From Candidatus Bathyarchaeota archaeon (GTDB lineage Archaea; Thermoproteota; Bathyarchaeia; TCS64): a DNA stretch of 64,000 bases. Positions 11,210 to 21,292 of the stretch are shown one piece after another (position 1 is the first letter of the stretch; each line of letters opens with the position of its first letter). A program made the position numbers and the translations under genes. The stretch is from assembly GCA_963769425.1 (NCBI GenBank), contig CAVYLP010000003.1, positions 192,001 to 256,000 of the forward strand, written 5' to 3'. The notes below the pieces were generated by a model. The model saw nothing but the letters and a program-made list of their open reading frames with translations. It had not been told where the DNA came from and made no database searches.

Positions 11210-11438
11210 GATGCGTTGACGGTCCATAATCTTGAAGCTTCATATTATAAAGGCGTAAAACATTTCAGGGACCGGGAAGCCCGAAACGGGGTCCTTTAAC
11301 CCCTTATGGGCGTGGAGCGTGGCCATAACCAACTTTTTCCCCGATACCATTCACCAAATGGGACAGGGTTTCCATCCATGATCGGAGTGTTGGAAACACA
11401 TAATAGTGCTCGAGAAGAAGTGTTGGGAGGCGGCGAAA

Positions 11439-12524
11439 TTGACGAAGATCGTTGTACTCTACGACACGTGGTCGAAAGCGGACGCCAAGCAGATCTGGGA
11501 GGGGATGCTGAAGGCGAGCCTCGGCCCCGACTACCCCAAGCACGAGATAATCTACCTCGAAAACCGAGCGGGGGCATTCAAGTGGTCGACGGACGTCAAG
11601 GAGAACGTGAAGGAGGCGTTCGGTGACCCGGATTTCATCAAGCAGAACATCAAGGGGGCGGAGGTCGTTCTAAGTGGCTTCGCGCCGATGACCGCCTCGG
11701 TCATGGACTCGGACCCCGCCTTGAAGGTGATAGGTATAGCCCGCGGGGGACCGGTGAACGTCGACGCTGCCGCCGCCACGAAGCGTGGAGTGATGCTCGT
11801 TGGCACGGTTGGGCGGAACGCTATCTCTGTCGCGGACCAGACGATGGGCTTCATACTCTCCGAGTCGCGCCACATCGCCCGCCACAGCATGGCACTCAAG
11901 ACCGGTACATACTTCACCGAAGTCGCGAAGATGGGCAGAAAGTACCTCGAGGGGTACGCCTTTCAGGAGCTTGAGGGCAAGACCCTCGGCCTCATAGGCT
12001 TCGGTGAGGTGGGGAGACGCGTAGCGAAGAGGGCGCACGCCTTCGACATGAAGGTACAGGTCTTCGACCCCTATATCACTGCAGAGGCGCTGATGAAGGA
12101 CGACTGTACGAAGACCGAGCTGGAGCAACTACTAAGGACATCTGACTTCATCTCGATACACGCCAAGCTGACCCCAGAAACGACCCACATGCTCAACAAG
12201 GAGCGCATCGCCATGATGAAGCCATCAGCCGTCATAGTCAACTCCGCGAGGGGAGAAATCATCGACGAGAAGGCGCTCTACGAGGCGCTCAAGGAGAAGC
12301 GGATAGCCGGCGCCGCCCTCGACGTATTCGAAGAGGATCCAGTCAAGCCCGATAACCCCCTTCTAAAGTTAGATAACGTCACCGTGACCCCACACACCGC
12401 TGGGCGATCCCCCGAGGTTGAGAGGCGCGGCTACCAGCAGGTCGCTGAGGCGACGGCAAAGTACCTCCGGGGTGAGGAGATCCGGAGGGCACAGATAGCC
12501 AACCCCAAGGTCCTGGAGCGTTAA
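11439..12524 (+). CDS. D-isomer-specific 2-hydroxyacid dehydrogenase
   Basis: GLIGFGEVG, NSARG, ALDVFEEDP and TPHTAG; TTG start preceded by GGGAGG. Confidence 0.85.
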   Translation: MTKIVVLYDTWSKADAKQIWEGMLKASLGPDYPKHEIIYLENRAGAFKWSTDVKENVKEAFGDPDFIKQNIKGAEVVLSGFAPMTASVMDSDPALKVIGIARGGPVNVDAAAATKRGVMLVGTVGRNAISVADQTMGFILSESRHIARHSMALKTGTYFTEVAKMGRKYLEGYAFQELEGKTLGLIGFGEVGRRVAKRAHAFDMKVQVFDPYITAEALMKDDCTKTELEQLLRTSDFISIHAKLTPETTHMLNKERIAMMKPSAVIVNSARGEIIDEKALYEALKEKRIAGAALDVFEEDPVKPDNPLLKLDNVTVTPHTAGRSPEVERRGYQQVAEATAKYLRGEEIRRAQIANPKVLER

Positions 12525-12530
12525 GAATCC

Positions 12531-14018
12531 TTGCCGAGTGCCTACCTGATGGCGATCGACTGCGGCTCGGGTGGCGTGAAGTGCTTCATAGTCGACATCC
12601 AGGGTAAGATCATCTCCCAGGCGGGCGTGGAGTGGGACAGAGATGCGTGGGACACCGAGGTCGGGTGGCGATCAATAAAGAGGGCGATAAGGAAGACTCT
12701 GACCTCTTCCGGAATCCGGCCCGATCAGGTACTCGGAGTAAGCACAACGAGCATGAGGGAGGAGTTTGTACTTCTCGACAAGCATGGACGCGAGATCAAA
12801 TTCGAGGTCAAACCAGACATATACTCACACGGGGACAAACTAAACAAGAACCTCGGTGAACGCATGTACCGGACCTCGGGCCACTGGCCGGTCCCTGGAT
12901 GGATAGCCGCCGCGAAGCTCGCCTGGCTAAGGGAAAAACACCCAGAAATCATAGACAAAACCAACCTCTTCCTGATGATTAGTGATTGGGCCGGGTACAT
13001 GCTAGGTGGCGTACCGTACACAGAGGCATCGAGCGCCTGCGAGACCAGCCTATTCGACGTTACAGAGGGTGACTGGTCCTGGGATTTATTGAGTGACATT
13101 GGACTCCCCGCCGAAATCTTCCCAAAGGTCGCAAAAAATGGGGTTCAAATCTCACAGATTACAGGTAAGGCGGTTAAGGGTACATCACTCCTAGAGGGGA
13201 CGCCTGTCGTCGTGGGTGGGGCGGACACGCAGTGCGGCCTACTAGGCTGCGGCGCCATTAACAAGAGTGATGTAGTTGCCGTGGGTGGTACGACGACCCC
13301 TGTTCAGATGGTCACAGATAAGCCGGTCTTCGACGCGAAGGGCAGGACGTGGACCAACGCCCACGTCGTCGATGGAAGATGGATCATAGAGAGTAACGCC
13401 GGCCGCACCGGTTGGGTCTACAGATGGTTCAGGGACAACATCCTCTGCGAGAAGCCATCGAACAAGGTCTACGACTCGATGAACGCCCTCGCCCTCGTGT
13501 CGCCACCCGGCTCTAACGGCGTCAACGTATTCTTCGGTCCCCACATCTTCAACTCGGGCCCACCATACTGGGATGGGGACAACCTAGGCGACATCCCCGT
13601 GCCGCCGACCATCGTGGGCTCCTCTAAATTCACACGTGGAGACCTCGCGAGAGCCATCATCGAGGCGAACTGCTACGCCGTCAGGGCGAACCTTGAGCAA
13701 CTATGCGAGATAACCGGTCTTAAGGTGCAGCGGCTCGGCTTCTGCGGTGGCAACTCTAAATCCGAGCTGTGGAACGAGATACAGTCCGCGGTCATCGACA
13801 AGCCGGTTATTGTACCAAAGGAGAGGGACGCCTCCGCCGTTGGGGCGGCGATATGTGCTGCGGTAGGTGCAGGAATCTACAAGAGCATACCCGAGGCGAC
13901 CAAGGCGATGGTTCACCTCGAAGAACCCGTGCAGGCCAAGAAGGAACTCTCTTCAACCTACGACAGTCTCTATAATTCGTGGATCAAGACCCGCCACCAC
14001 CTTTCGGGGAACTTATAA
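12531..14018 (+). CDS. FGGY-family carbohydrate kinase (LsrK/xylulokinase-like)
   Basis: AIDCGSGGVK, TTSMRE, GGADTQ, GGNSKS and ASAVGAA motifs. Confidence 0.85.
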   Translation: MPSAYLMAIDCGSGGVKCFIVDIQGKIISQAGVEWDRDAWDTEVGWRSIKRAIRKTLTSSGIRPDQVLGVSTTSMREEFVLLDKHGREIKFEVKPDIYSHGDKLNKNLGERMYRTSGHWPVPGWIAAAKLAWLREKHPEIIDKTNLFLMISDWAGYMLGGVPYTEASSACETSLFDVTEGDWSWDLLSDIGLPAEIFPKVAKNGVQISQITGKAVKGTSLLEGTPVVVGGADTQCGLLGCGAINKSDVVAVGGTTTPVQMVTDKPVFDAKGRTWTNAHVVDGRWIIESNAGRTGWVYRWFRDNILCEKPSNKVYDSMNALALVSPPGSNGVNVFFGPHIFNSGPPYWDGDNLGDIPVPPTIVGSSKFTRGDLARAIIEANCYAVRANLEQLCEITGLKVQRLGFCGGNSKSELWNEIQSAVIDKPVIVPKERDASAVGAAICAAVGAGIYKSIPEATKAMVHLEEPVQAKKELSSTYDSLYNSWIKTRHHLSGNL

Positions 14019-14049
14019 GAGCGAAGACTCGGAATCGTATTGACCAAAG

Positions 14050-14712
14050 ATGGACCCCGTCGAAAAAGACCTTAGGGAACGCCTCGCCAAGGTGGGGCGA
14101 CAGATATTCGCGGAGGGACTGACACACGGCGCGTCAGGGAACATAAGCGCCCGCATCCCCGGCACAAACAAGTGCGTGATCAAACCATCCGGCTACAGCT
14201 TCGCAGACCTCGAGCCCCAGCACTTCATAGTCGTCGACATCGAGACGAGAAAGGTACTTGAGGGCAAGGAGAAGCCGAGCATCGAGACCCCCTTCCACAC
14301 GAGGCTCTACAAGCAATGGCCCGAGGCGGGGGGCGTCGTTCACGTTCACCCTCACTACTCGACCATACTATCCATCATAGGCACGGAGATAATACCGATG
14401 GGGATTGAGATCACAGAAGCACCGGCCCTCGCAAAGGGTATACCTGTAGCGAAGTTCGCTCCACCTGGCACAGACGAATTGGCGGACAATCTCGTTGATG
14501 CAATGAAGGATCACGTCGCCGCCCTGATGCCCCACCACGGGATAACAACAATCGGCAAGACAATTGAGGAGGCCGCGACCAACTCCCGCATGGTGGAGTT
14601 CCTCGCGAAACTCCACTACGAGGTCATGCTAGTCGGCAAGCCCCACCCACTTAGGGAGGACGTGCTGAAGGGACTCGTCGAGAGGGCGAAGCAGAAGGGG
14701 CTACTGATCTAG
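14050..14712 (+). CDS. Class II aldolase/adducin family protein (FucA-like)
   Basis: GNISAR, KPSIETPFH, VHVHP and HHG metal ligands. Confidence 0.88.
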   Translation: MDPVEKDLRERLAKVGRQIFAEGLTHGASGNISARIPGTNKCVIKPSGYSFADLEPQHFIVVDIETRKVLEGKEKPSIETPFHTRLYKQWPEAGGVVHVHPHYSTILSIIGTEIIPMGIEITEAPALAKGIPVAKFAPPGTDELADNLVDAMKDHVAALMPHHGITTIGKTIEEAATNSRMVEFLAKLHYEVMLVGKPHPLREDVLKGLVERAKQKGLLI

Positions 14713-15747
14713 CGACTTCCCGCTGTTCTCCCGCTTCTTCATATCAGAGAGCCTGTCAACCAGGCTCATTCCTGGTTGATAATCGCTCAGTGGTTTGACG
14801 TCTATTAATCCCGCCTTCTCCGCAGCATCTAGGGCAGCCTTCCCCTTCTCGGATCTGACTAGGACCGTGGACCACCCCTCGGGTGAGCCGATGTTCCCAA
14901 CGGATAAGTCCGCGAGCTCCGATGTGTAGTCTAGGCAGACTCTGCAGCAGGGGCGGGACAGTTCCTTCAGTTTCCTTATTTTGACATCGAAGGGAGCATC
15001 CTCCCCCATGCGGGCTATAAATTTTCCGCTCCTGATCTCGAACTTGCTCACCTTCTCGGGGTCGACGCCTTGCTCCCTCAGGTAGGCCATCAGTTTTTCG
15101 TAGTCGAAGGTCTCCATGCAGAACAGACCTATGGCCAACGTCTTATTCTTCTTCTGCTGCTGGCGCCGCCTCAGCGCATGGATCTGGCAGGGCGTCCCCA
15201 CGAACGAGACCCTGTCGAGACCCTCCCTCTCGGCCTTCTTGAGCGCGAGGAGCATGGGGGCTGATGTATATTTCGTGCCGGCACACCCCTTGATCGTCTC
15301 CTCATCTCTGGCGAGGACTGGCACAGGATACCAAGCCTTCTCATCATCCAACCCAGCTACAACCACGCCACTTTCTACCCCGAGTAGGCCTAGAAGCAGG
15401 GAGGTAACCGCGCCCCCATCCTGGGCTTGCCCCAAGACGTCCGATCTCAGGGACCGAACAGCATAGGCACCCAGAATAATCCCGTTCACAGACTCCCCGG
15501 AGGTTCTACTTCTCCCCAGGGCATCTTTCTCCAGCTCGCCGAAACCATGCTCCGCACGGGGGCAACTCAGGTAGCAAGTACCGCATGCGGTGCATTTTCC
15601 AGTCAGCTTCGGCACGTCATCAACTAGACTGATGGCGTCGGTAGGGCAAATCGAGACACATGAGCCGCAGGCGACGCAGCGGCCCGGGCGGATGACCTCA
15701 GCAAGGAGGTTGCCGAAGACCTTTGGTTTAGCCGACAAGCCGATCAT
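14701..15747 (-). CDS. Coenzyme F420 hydrogenase/dehydrogenase beta subunit (FrhB family) with N-terminal ferredoxin
   Basis: Two CxxCxxCxxxCP motifs; AQDGGAVT, GTKY, GTPCQ, GLFC and ADLSVG. Confidence 0.85.
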   Translation of the reverse strand: MIGLSAKPKVFGNLLAEVIRPGRCVACGSCVSICPTDAISLVDDVPKLTGKCTACGTCYLSCPRAEHGFGELEKDALGRSRTSGESVNGIILGAYAVRSLRSDVLGQAQDGGAVTSLLLGLLGVESGVVVAGLDDEKAWYPVPVLARDEETIKGCAGTKYTSAPMLLALKKAEREGLDRVSFVGTPCQIHALRRRQQQKKNKTLAIGLFCMETFDYEKLMAYLREQGVDPEKVSKFEIRSGKFIARMGEDAPFDVKIRKLKELSRPCCRVCLDYTSELADLSVGNIGSPEGWSTVLVRSEKGKAALDAAEKAGLIDVKPLSDYQPGMSLVDRLSDMKKRENSGKSLDQ

Positions 15748-15931
15748 ACAGTAATTACCATTTTTATTTAACTAGTTTCTGCCCGAATCGTTCCCAGAAA
15801 CGGGAAAGGCGCCGGAATAAAACCCCTCCGAAGCAGACGATCGGGTGCCGACATGTATCCCGCATAGTCAACGTTTTTATTGGTAGGGCCGTATGAGTTG
15901 AAACGCCTTCGTAAAAGATAGGTGAGACGCG

Positions 15932-18034
15932 ACGGTAAAGCTGGAATCCATCTTCAGGCCCTCATCGGTGGCGATAATCGGTGCCTCGGCGACACCGAAC
16001 AAGGTCGGCTACATCCTCGTCAGGAACATGCTCAAGAGTGGCTACCAGGGGAAGATATACCCGATAAACCCCCAGGGGGGCCAGATACTCGGCCTCAAAG
16101 TCTACACCTCCGTGAAGGAGGTACCGGACAGCATCGACCTCGCTGTCGTCGCCATACCTGCTAAGCTGATCCCGCCGGTGACCGAGGAGTGCGGGGAGAA
16201 GGGGGTCAAGTCTATGATCATCATCTCCGCAGGCTTCAAGGAGACGGGGAAGGAGGGCGCGGAGCTTGAGATGCAGGTCGCGGCAATCGCCAAGAAGTAT
16301 GGCTTGAGAATCCAGGGCCCCAACTGCCTCGGTGCAGTAAATACGTGGACTCCACTTGACCTCAGCTTTGCAGCCGCCCTACCAAAGAAGGGGGGCATCG
16401 GTTTCATCAGCCAGAGCGGAGCCCTCGGCACCGCCATACTCGACTGGATCCTGAAGAAGGACATAGGGTTCCACAGCTTCATCAGCCTCGGCAACAAGGC
16501 TGACCTCGACGAGGTCGACTTCATAGAGGCGATGGCGGAGGACCCCGACGTGAAGGTAATTCTCCTCTACCTTGAATCGATTGAAAGAGGAGCCAAGTTC
16601 ATCGAGGTCGCGAGCCAGGTCACGAAGAGTAAACCCATCATCGTCGTCAAGGGCGGCACCAGCTCCGCTGGCGCGAAGGCCGCGGGGAGCCACACCGGCG
16701 CACTAGTGGGCAGCTTCCTCGCCTACCAGAAGGCGTTCGAGAAGTCGGGGGTCATCCTCGCTGACACGATGGAGGACCTCTTCAACTACGCTATCGCATT
16801 CATGGAGCAGCCCCTCCCGAAGGACGAGGGCATAGCCATAGTCACTAACGCGGGTGGTCCGGGAATACTGGCCACCGACCTAGTGGAGCGCCTTGGCGTC
16901 AAGATGGCCGAGGTAAAAGGGGAGACTAAGGAGAAGCTCAAGAAGGGTCTCCCCGCCGCGGCGTCGACGGGCAACCCGATAGACGTCCTAGGGGACGCGG
17001 GCGCAGACAGGTACGCCTTCGCCATCGAGGAGGCCCTCTGGGACCAGGGGATACACCTCGTCGTCGTCCTCCTCACACCGCAGGCGATGACGGACAGCAT
17101 GGCGACCGCCGACGCGATGGTAAGACTGAACGAGAAGCACCCGGAGAAGACGATGCTAGCCGTCTTCATGGGCGGGGAGCAGGTGGAGGGTGCCTCGAAG
17201 CACCTGAAGGATAAGGGGATACCCTGCTTCGACTTCCCAGAGAAGGCCATCAAGACAGCAGATGCCATCTACCGCTACTCCCGTTACCTCAAGACGCCCG
17301 AGCAGAAACCCACCATCTACACGATCGACAAGAAAAAGGTGGACACCATCTTCAAGGCGGTGAGGGCGGACGGCAGGAAGGTCCTGCTACCGACCGAGGC
17401 TGCTGAGGTCGCGCGCGTTTTCGGCATCGCAGCGCCCCCCAGCAAGCTGGCTGAGAAGCCAGAGGACGCGGTGAAGTACGCCCATGAGATGGGTTACCCG
17501 GTCGTCATGAAGATCGTCTCACCTGACATCCTTCACAAGACCGACATCGGGGGAGTCGTCCTCAACATCACGAGCCCCGAGGATGTACGCCAAGCATTCT
17601 CCGAAATAATGGCGAAGAGCAGGAAGGCACACCCGGAGGCGAAGATATATGGCGTCTCCGTGGACAAAATGGTGCCAAAGGGGAGGGAGATGATCGTCGG
17701 CATGAGCAGGGACCCTCAGTTCGGCCCCATGGTCATGTTCGGCCTCGGCGGCATATACGTCAACTTCCTAAAGGATGTCGCCTTCAGGATCGCGCCACTC
17801 AACGCGAGGGACGCGGAGGGCATCGTGAAGGAGACGAAGTCATACACCCTCCTCAAGGGGATCAGGGGCGAGCCACCAGCAGATATCGCGGCGCTGGAGG
17901 AGACGATTCTGCGCATCAGCCAGTTCGTCACAACCTATCCTGAGGTAGCGGAGATGGACATCAACCCCATACTCGTCTACGGGGAGGGCGAGGGCTGCCA
18001 GGCGCTGGACGTTAAGATCGCCCTCAGGTCTTAA
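15932..18034 (+). CDS. acdAB: ADP-forming acyl/acetate-CoA ligase, fused alpha-beta
   Basis: ESIFRPSSVAIIGAS, GPNCLG, SQSGA, AAGSHTG (phospho-His), TNAGG, HKTDIGGV and DINP; start codon uncertain. Confidence 0.88.
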   Translation, partial: TVKLESIFRPSSVAIIGASATPNKVGYILVRNMLKSGYQGKIYPINPQGGQILGLKVYTSVKEVPDSIDLAVVAIPAKLIPPVTEECGEKGVKSMIIISAGFKETGKEGAELEMQVAAIAKKYGLRIQGPNCLGAVNTWTPLDLSFAAALPKKGGIGFISQSGALGTAILDWILKKDIGFHSFISLGNKADLDEVDFIEAMAEDPDVKVILLYLESIERGAKFIEVASQVTKSKPIIVVKGGTSSAGAKAAGSHTGALVGSFLAYQKAFEKSGVILADTMEDLFNYAIAFMEQPLPKDEGIAIVTNAGGPGILATDLVERLGVKMAEVKGETKEKLKKGLPAAASTGNPIDVLGDAGADRYAFAIEEALWDQGIHLVVVLLTPQAMTDSMATADAMVRLNEKHPEKTMLAVFMGGEQVEGASKHLKDKGIPCFDFPEKAIKTADAIYRYSRYLKTPEQKPTIYTIDKKKVDTIFKAVRADGRKVLLPTEAAEVARVFGIAAPPSKLAEKPEDAVKYAHEMGYPVVMKIVSPDILHKTDIGGVVLNITSPEDVRQAFSEIMAKSRKAHPEAKIYGVSVDKMVPKGREMIVGMSRDPQFGPMVMFGLGGIYVNFLKDVAFRIAPLNARDAEGIVKETKSYTLLKGIRGEPPADIAALEETILRISQFVTTYPEVAEMDINPILVYGEGEGCQALDVKIALRS

Positions 18035-18905
18035 TGACCCTAAGCGCATCTTCGAGGTCTCTTTCTACCCTGAACTTCCTGTGGAAGAATGTGAGGATGT
18101 TCTTCACATCCCTCTCTAGTATCTCACCCGCGTTCGGGTGGTTTGAGGAGATGTACTGGGGCCAGTCGATTATGTAGACGACGCCCTCGTTTGAGACGAT
18201 GACGTTGAACTCGCTCAGGTCAGCGTGGATTATCCCCGCCTTGTACGCCTTGCGAATGTCCACGAGTATCTCGTCCATGTAGCCCTCTGGGTTGTCTAGG
18301 GTCGGAACATCGCCTAGCTGGTGCCCTTCGATGCGCTGCATTACTACTGTGTGCCTATTCTGGTAGATGGGCTTCGGGACTGAAACCCCTGCGTGGAAGG
18401 CGAGGGTTAGGGCGGTGTACTCTTTCTCGGCGGCGAGCCTCGACTGATAGAGCCACGAGACGTGGTGCCTCCCTGCGAGGTACTCCCGTTTCCGCCGGGT
18501 GTCTCTGAAGCTGACCCGCCCGAGCCTATGGAACTTCACCGCCACCCCCTCGCCTGATGGAGTAAGGGCTTCCAGTACGTCCGCTTCCTTACCCATGCCG
18601 AGGGGCATCCCGAGTGCGTCGATGATCTCCCCCCTGACGAGGGCGTTCAGGGCGAGGAGGTCGTAGCTGTTATAGTTGAGGATGAAGCCTACGTAACCCT
18701 CCGACTGCCTCCAGACAAGATCCTTATGGTCAAGCTCACCGAGCCAGTGCTTCACCTCATCTAGTCCCAAGCCGGTGTACTTCTCGATTGTCTCCGTCGG
18801 GACGAATTCATACTTGGCCATACCAAGCTCAATGCCCTGAAGTATCCTGAACTCACGAGGGTCGAGCTTAGTCAGAAGGGATGCAGCTTTCTCGGCGGAA
18901 GACAC
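18024..18905 (-). CDS. rio2: RIO2-family serine/threonine kinase
   Basis: N-terminal wHTH; GKEADV, VKFHRLGRVSF, HADLSEFN and IIDWPQ. Confidence 0.92.
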   Translation of the reverse strand: MSSAEKAASLLTKLDPREFRILQGIELGMAKYEFVPTETIEKYTGLGLDEVKHWLGELDHKDLVWRQSEGYVGFILNYNSYDLLALNALVRGEIIDALGMPLGMGKEADVLEALTPSGEGVAVKFHRLGRVSFRDTRRKREYLAGRHHVSWLYQSRLAAEKEYTALTLAFHAGVSVPKPIYQNRHTVVMQRIEGHQLGDVPTLDNPEGYMDEILVDIRKAYKAGIIHADLSEFNVIVSNEGVVYIIDWPQYISSNHPNAGEILERDVKNILTFFHRKFRVERDLEDALRVIKT

Positions 18906-18930
18906 GGATAGAATGAGGAGTGTCGTCTAT

Positions 18931-19428
18931 TTAGAGCTTAATCCGAGTTTTTAGCGCCTGACTCACAGGTACTCCAATTATTCCTGCTACAACAACTTGC
19001 AAGAGATTAATAGGTACCTCCACTAAAGCAGCAGAAACACCACCAAAGAAAACGATCTCTACTAAAAAATACCCTATGACAACACAGACTCCACCGAGAG
19101 CCCAGCCTAATATTACCCTATTTAATTTAGATGTCGCAAGACGTCCTCCGATGTATCCTGCTACTAGTCCCTCACATCCCTTTATTATTAAAGTGAAAGG
19201 CGCATAGTAGAAGTAGGGACTCATCATGTCGGATATCGCAGAGCCTATTCCACCTGCAAGTCCTCCAACTAATGGGCCGAATAGTAATCCAGAGATAATA
19301 ACAAAAACGTCTCCTATGTTGAAGTAGCCGGATGTAGCTGGAATTGGTATCATTATCAGATAGGTACCAACAAAACATAGCGCCGCCATGACGGCTATCG
19401 CCGCTAGCTCTCGTGAACCTAGCTTCAA
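18931..19428 (-). CDS. ECF transporter substrate-specific S component
   Basis: IPIPATSGYFNIGD and GGIGSAISD motifs; hydrophobic 165 aa. Confidence 0.85.
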   Translation of the reverse strand: MKLGSRELAAIAVMAALCFVGTYLIMIPIPATSGYFNIGDVFVIISGLLFGPLVGGLAGGIGSAISDMMSPYFYYAPFTLIIKGCEGLVAGYIGGRLATSKLNRVILGWALGGVCVVIGYFLVEIVFFGGVSAALVEVPINLLQVVVAGIIGVPVSQALKTRIKL

Positions 19429-19486
19429 ACCATTTCACCTATGATAGTTAAAACTATAATAAGTTAGAACTATAATAAATCTTCGC

Positions 19487-20908
19487 CTAGAGGAGGACCT
19501 GAAGATCATCCAGCGCAGAGAGAGTTCGCCTGCCCCTTTCAGTTATCTCATAGTATCTGCGCTTACCACGTAGGTTGGACGAGATGAGGCCTTTCTCCTC
19601 GAGGTCGGCTATATGTTGGTAGACGGCACCGATGGTCATCCCCTTCCCTACGGCCTTCCAGATCTCGTATCCATAGGTCTCCCCAGCCGAGATGCGACGT
19701 AGGATCTTCTCCTTGGTAGTAAGCATGGAGCCCAATCCGGGGGACCTCTTATGTTTGGTAAGGCTCTGAAGGATGTCATCCGTCTTCAATCCGCTGCTCG
19801 TTATGAGGCAGATTACCTTATCACTGCGATCGATCTTCCCGCTCTTGACTAGTCCGCTGAGACTTGCCACTGTAGCGGCGCTCGCAGGCTCTGCGAAAAT
19901 GCCCTCAAGCCGGGCGATCTCACGACCCGCCGCAAGCATGTCCTCGTCGCTGACCGTGATCGCGAAGCCCTTGGACTCCCTCAGTGCTTTTAGCGCTAGT
20001 TCCCCGAATATGGGTCGTGAGACCCTGATCGCGGTCGCCTCCGTCTCGCCTTGATCCATGGGCTTCGGGGTGTCTGCGCCGGTGTCGAAGGCTGAGACGA
20101 TAGGTGAGCACCCCCTGGCCTGTATGCCCACGAGCCTCGGGAGCTTTCGTATGCGCCCCATGGTCTCCAGTTCTTTGAAGCCCTTCCACAAAGAGCTAAT
20201 TGTGACACCGCTACCCATGGCGACGAAAAGCCAGTCAGGTTCTCCCCCCTGCTCAACAATCTCGTAGGCGATTGTCTTCAGTCCCTCGATGGATAAGGGG
20301 TTTAACTCGGTCGTGGCCTGGTACCATCCCATCTCCCCCTCGAGTGTGATGGCTCTAGAGATCGATTCCTCGATTGTCTCCCCCGACTCGACTATCTCAG
20401 CGTTGTAGACCATCATCTGGGCTAGTTTGCCGATGTCCAATGCCTTTGGGACGATAAGGTGGCAGGCAATGTTCGCCTTGGCGGAGTAGGCAGCGACGGA
20501 GGCCCCGTGGTTTCCGTTCGTGGCGCAGACGAGCGAGCTGAAACCCTTCCCCGAGGCGTCGGATACGATGAGCGCAGCGGAGCGATCCTTGAAACTGTTC
20601 GTTGGGTTCCGCGTCTCATCCTTTAGGGAAAGATGCTTTAGTCCGAGAGCTTCAGCGAGCCTCTGCGCCTCCTGCAAGGGTGTGCCACCCTCGCCGAGGC
20701 TGATAGGCTTCTTCACTGAGGGGAGGACTGGCTTATACCTCCAGAACTTCAGCTCTCCCGTAAACTCTACCGTCTTGAGGTACTCCTCGTCCCAGACGTA
20801 CTCCAAGATGCCCCCGCACTTCTCGCACCTGTTCCTACCCGAGTCGCTCGGGAAGACGTAGCCGCACTCGGTGCAGACGAGGTTCACCCGGGGCTTCATC
20901 ACCTCCAT
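19487..20908 (-). CDS. thrC: Threonine synthase with C-terminal PadR-like winged-helix domain
   Basis: N-terminal Zn ribbon, SLGEGGTPL, NPTNSFKDR (PLP Lys), GNHG, EPASA, TSSGLK; extra ~70-aa wHTH. Confidence 0.85.
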   Translation of the reverse strand: MEVMKPRVNLVCTECGYVFPSDSGRNRCEKCGGILEYVWDEEYLKTVEFTGELKFWRYKPVLPSVKKPISLGEGGTPLQEAQRLAEALGLKHLSLKDETRNPTNSFKDRSAALIVSDASGKGFSSLVCATNGNHGASVAAYSAKANIACHLIVPKALDIGKLAQMMVYNAEIVESGETIEESISRAITLEGEMGWYQATTELNPLSIEGLKTIAYEIVEQGGEPDWLFVAMGSGVTISSLWKGFKELETMGRIRKLPRLVGIQARGCSPIVSAFDTGADTPKPMDQGETEATAIRVSRPIFGELALKALRESKGFAITVSDEDMLAAGREIARLEGIFAEPASAATVASLSGLVKSGKIDRSDKVICLITSSGLKTDDILQSLTKHKRSPGLGSMLTTKEKILRRISAGETYGYEIWKAVGKGMTIGAVYQHIADLEEKGLISSNLRGKRRYYEITERGRRTLSALDDLQVLL

Positions 20909-20977
20909 CTGGGCGCATCCACTCTTTAAGCGTTGAACCCAACTCTTTTATTGCGCCCACCGAAGGTGACGAGCGAC

Positions 20978-21292
20978 ATGACCCCCGCCCCCAAGATAAC
21001 CGAGCTCCACCCCGGGATGGAACACCTCGACTTCAAGGTCAAGGTCTCAAAGAAGAATGAGGTGCGTAAGGTGAAGACCTTCACAGGCGTCGAGCATATG
21101 ATTCTTGAGGGAGAGATAAGCGATGGGGAGGGCTCCATCTCCTTCGCCGTATGGAACGAGAAGATTGAGTTATTCAGGGACATCGTAGCTGGGGACATGG
21201 TCGAGTTAACAGACTGCTTCGTGACCAGTTACAAGGGGATACTGCAGGTCAACGTCGGCAGGGATAGTAACGTCGTCAAGGTGAGTGCGTAG
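20978..21292 (+). CDS. OB-fold single-stranded nucleic-acid-binding protein (SSB/RPA-like)
   Basis: KITELHPG...ISDGEGSISFAVWNE...YKGILQVNVG OB pattern. Confidence 0.8.
   Translation: MTPAPKITELHPGMEHLDFKVKVSKKNEVRKVKTFTGVEHMILEGEISDGEGSISFAVWNEKIELFRDIVAGDMVELTDCFVTSYKGILQVNVGRDSNVVKVSA

Noticed and set aside
11268-11297. Archaeal SECIS element
   Set aside because: The GAA bulge lacks the opposing A and stem geometry, and no nearby gene has an in-frame TGA.
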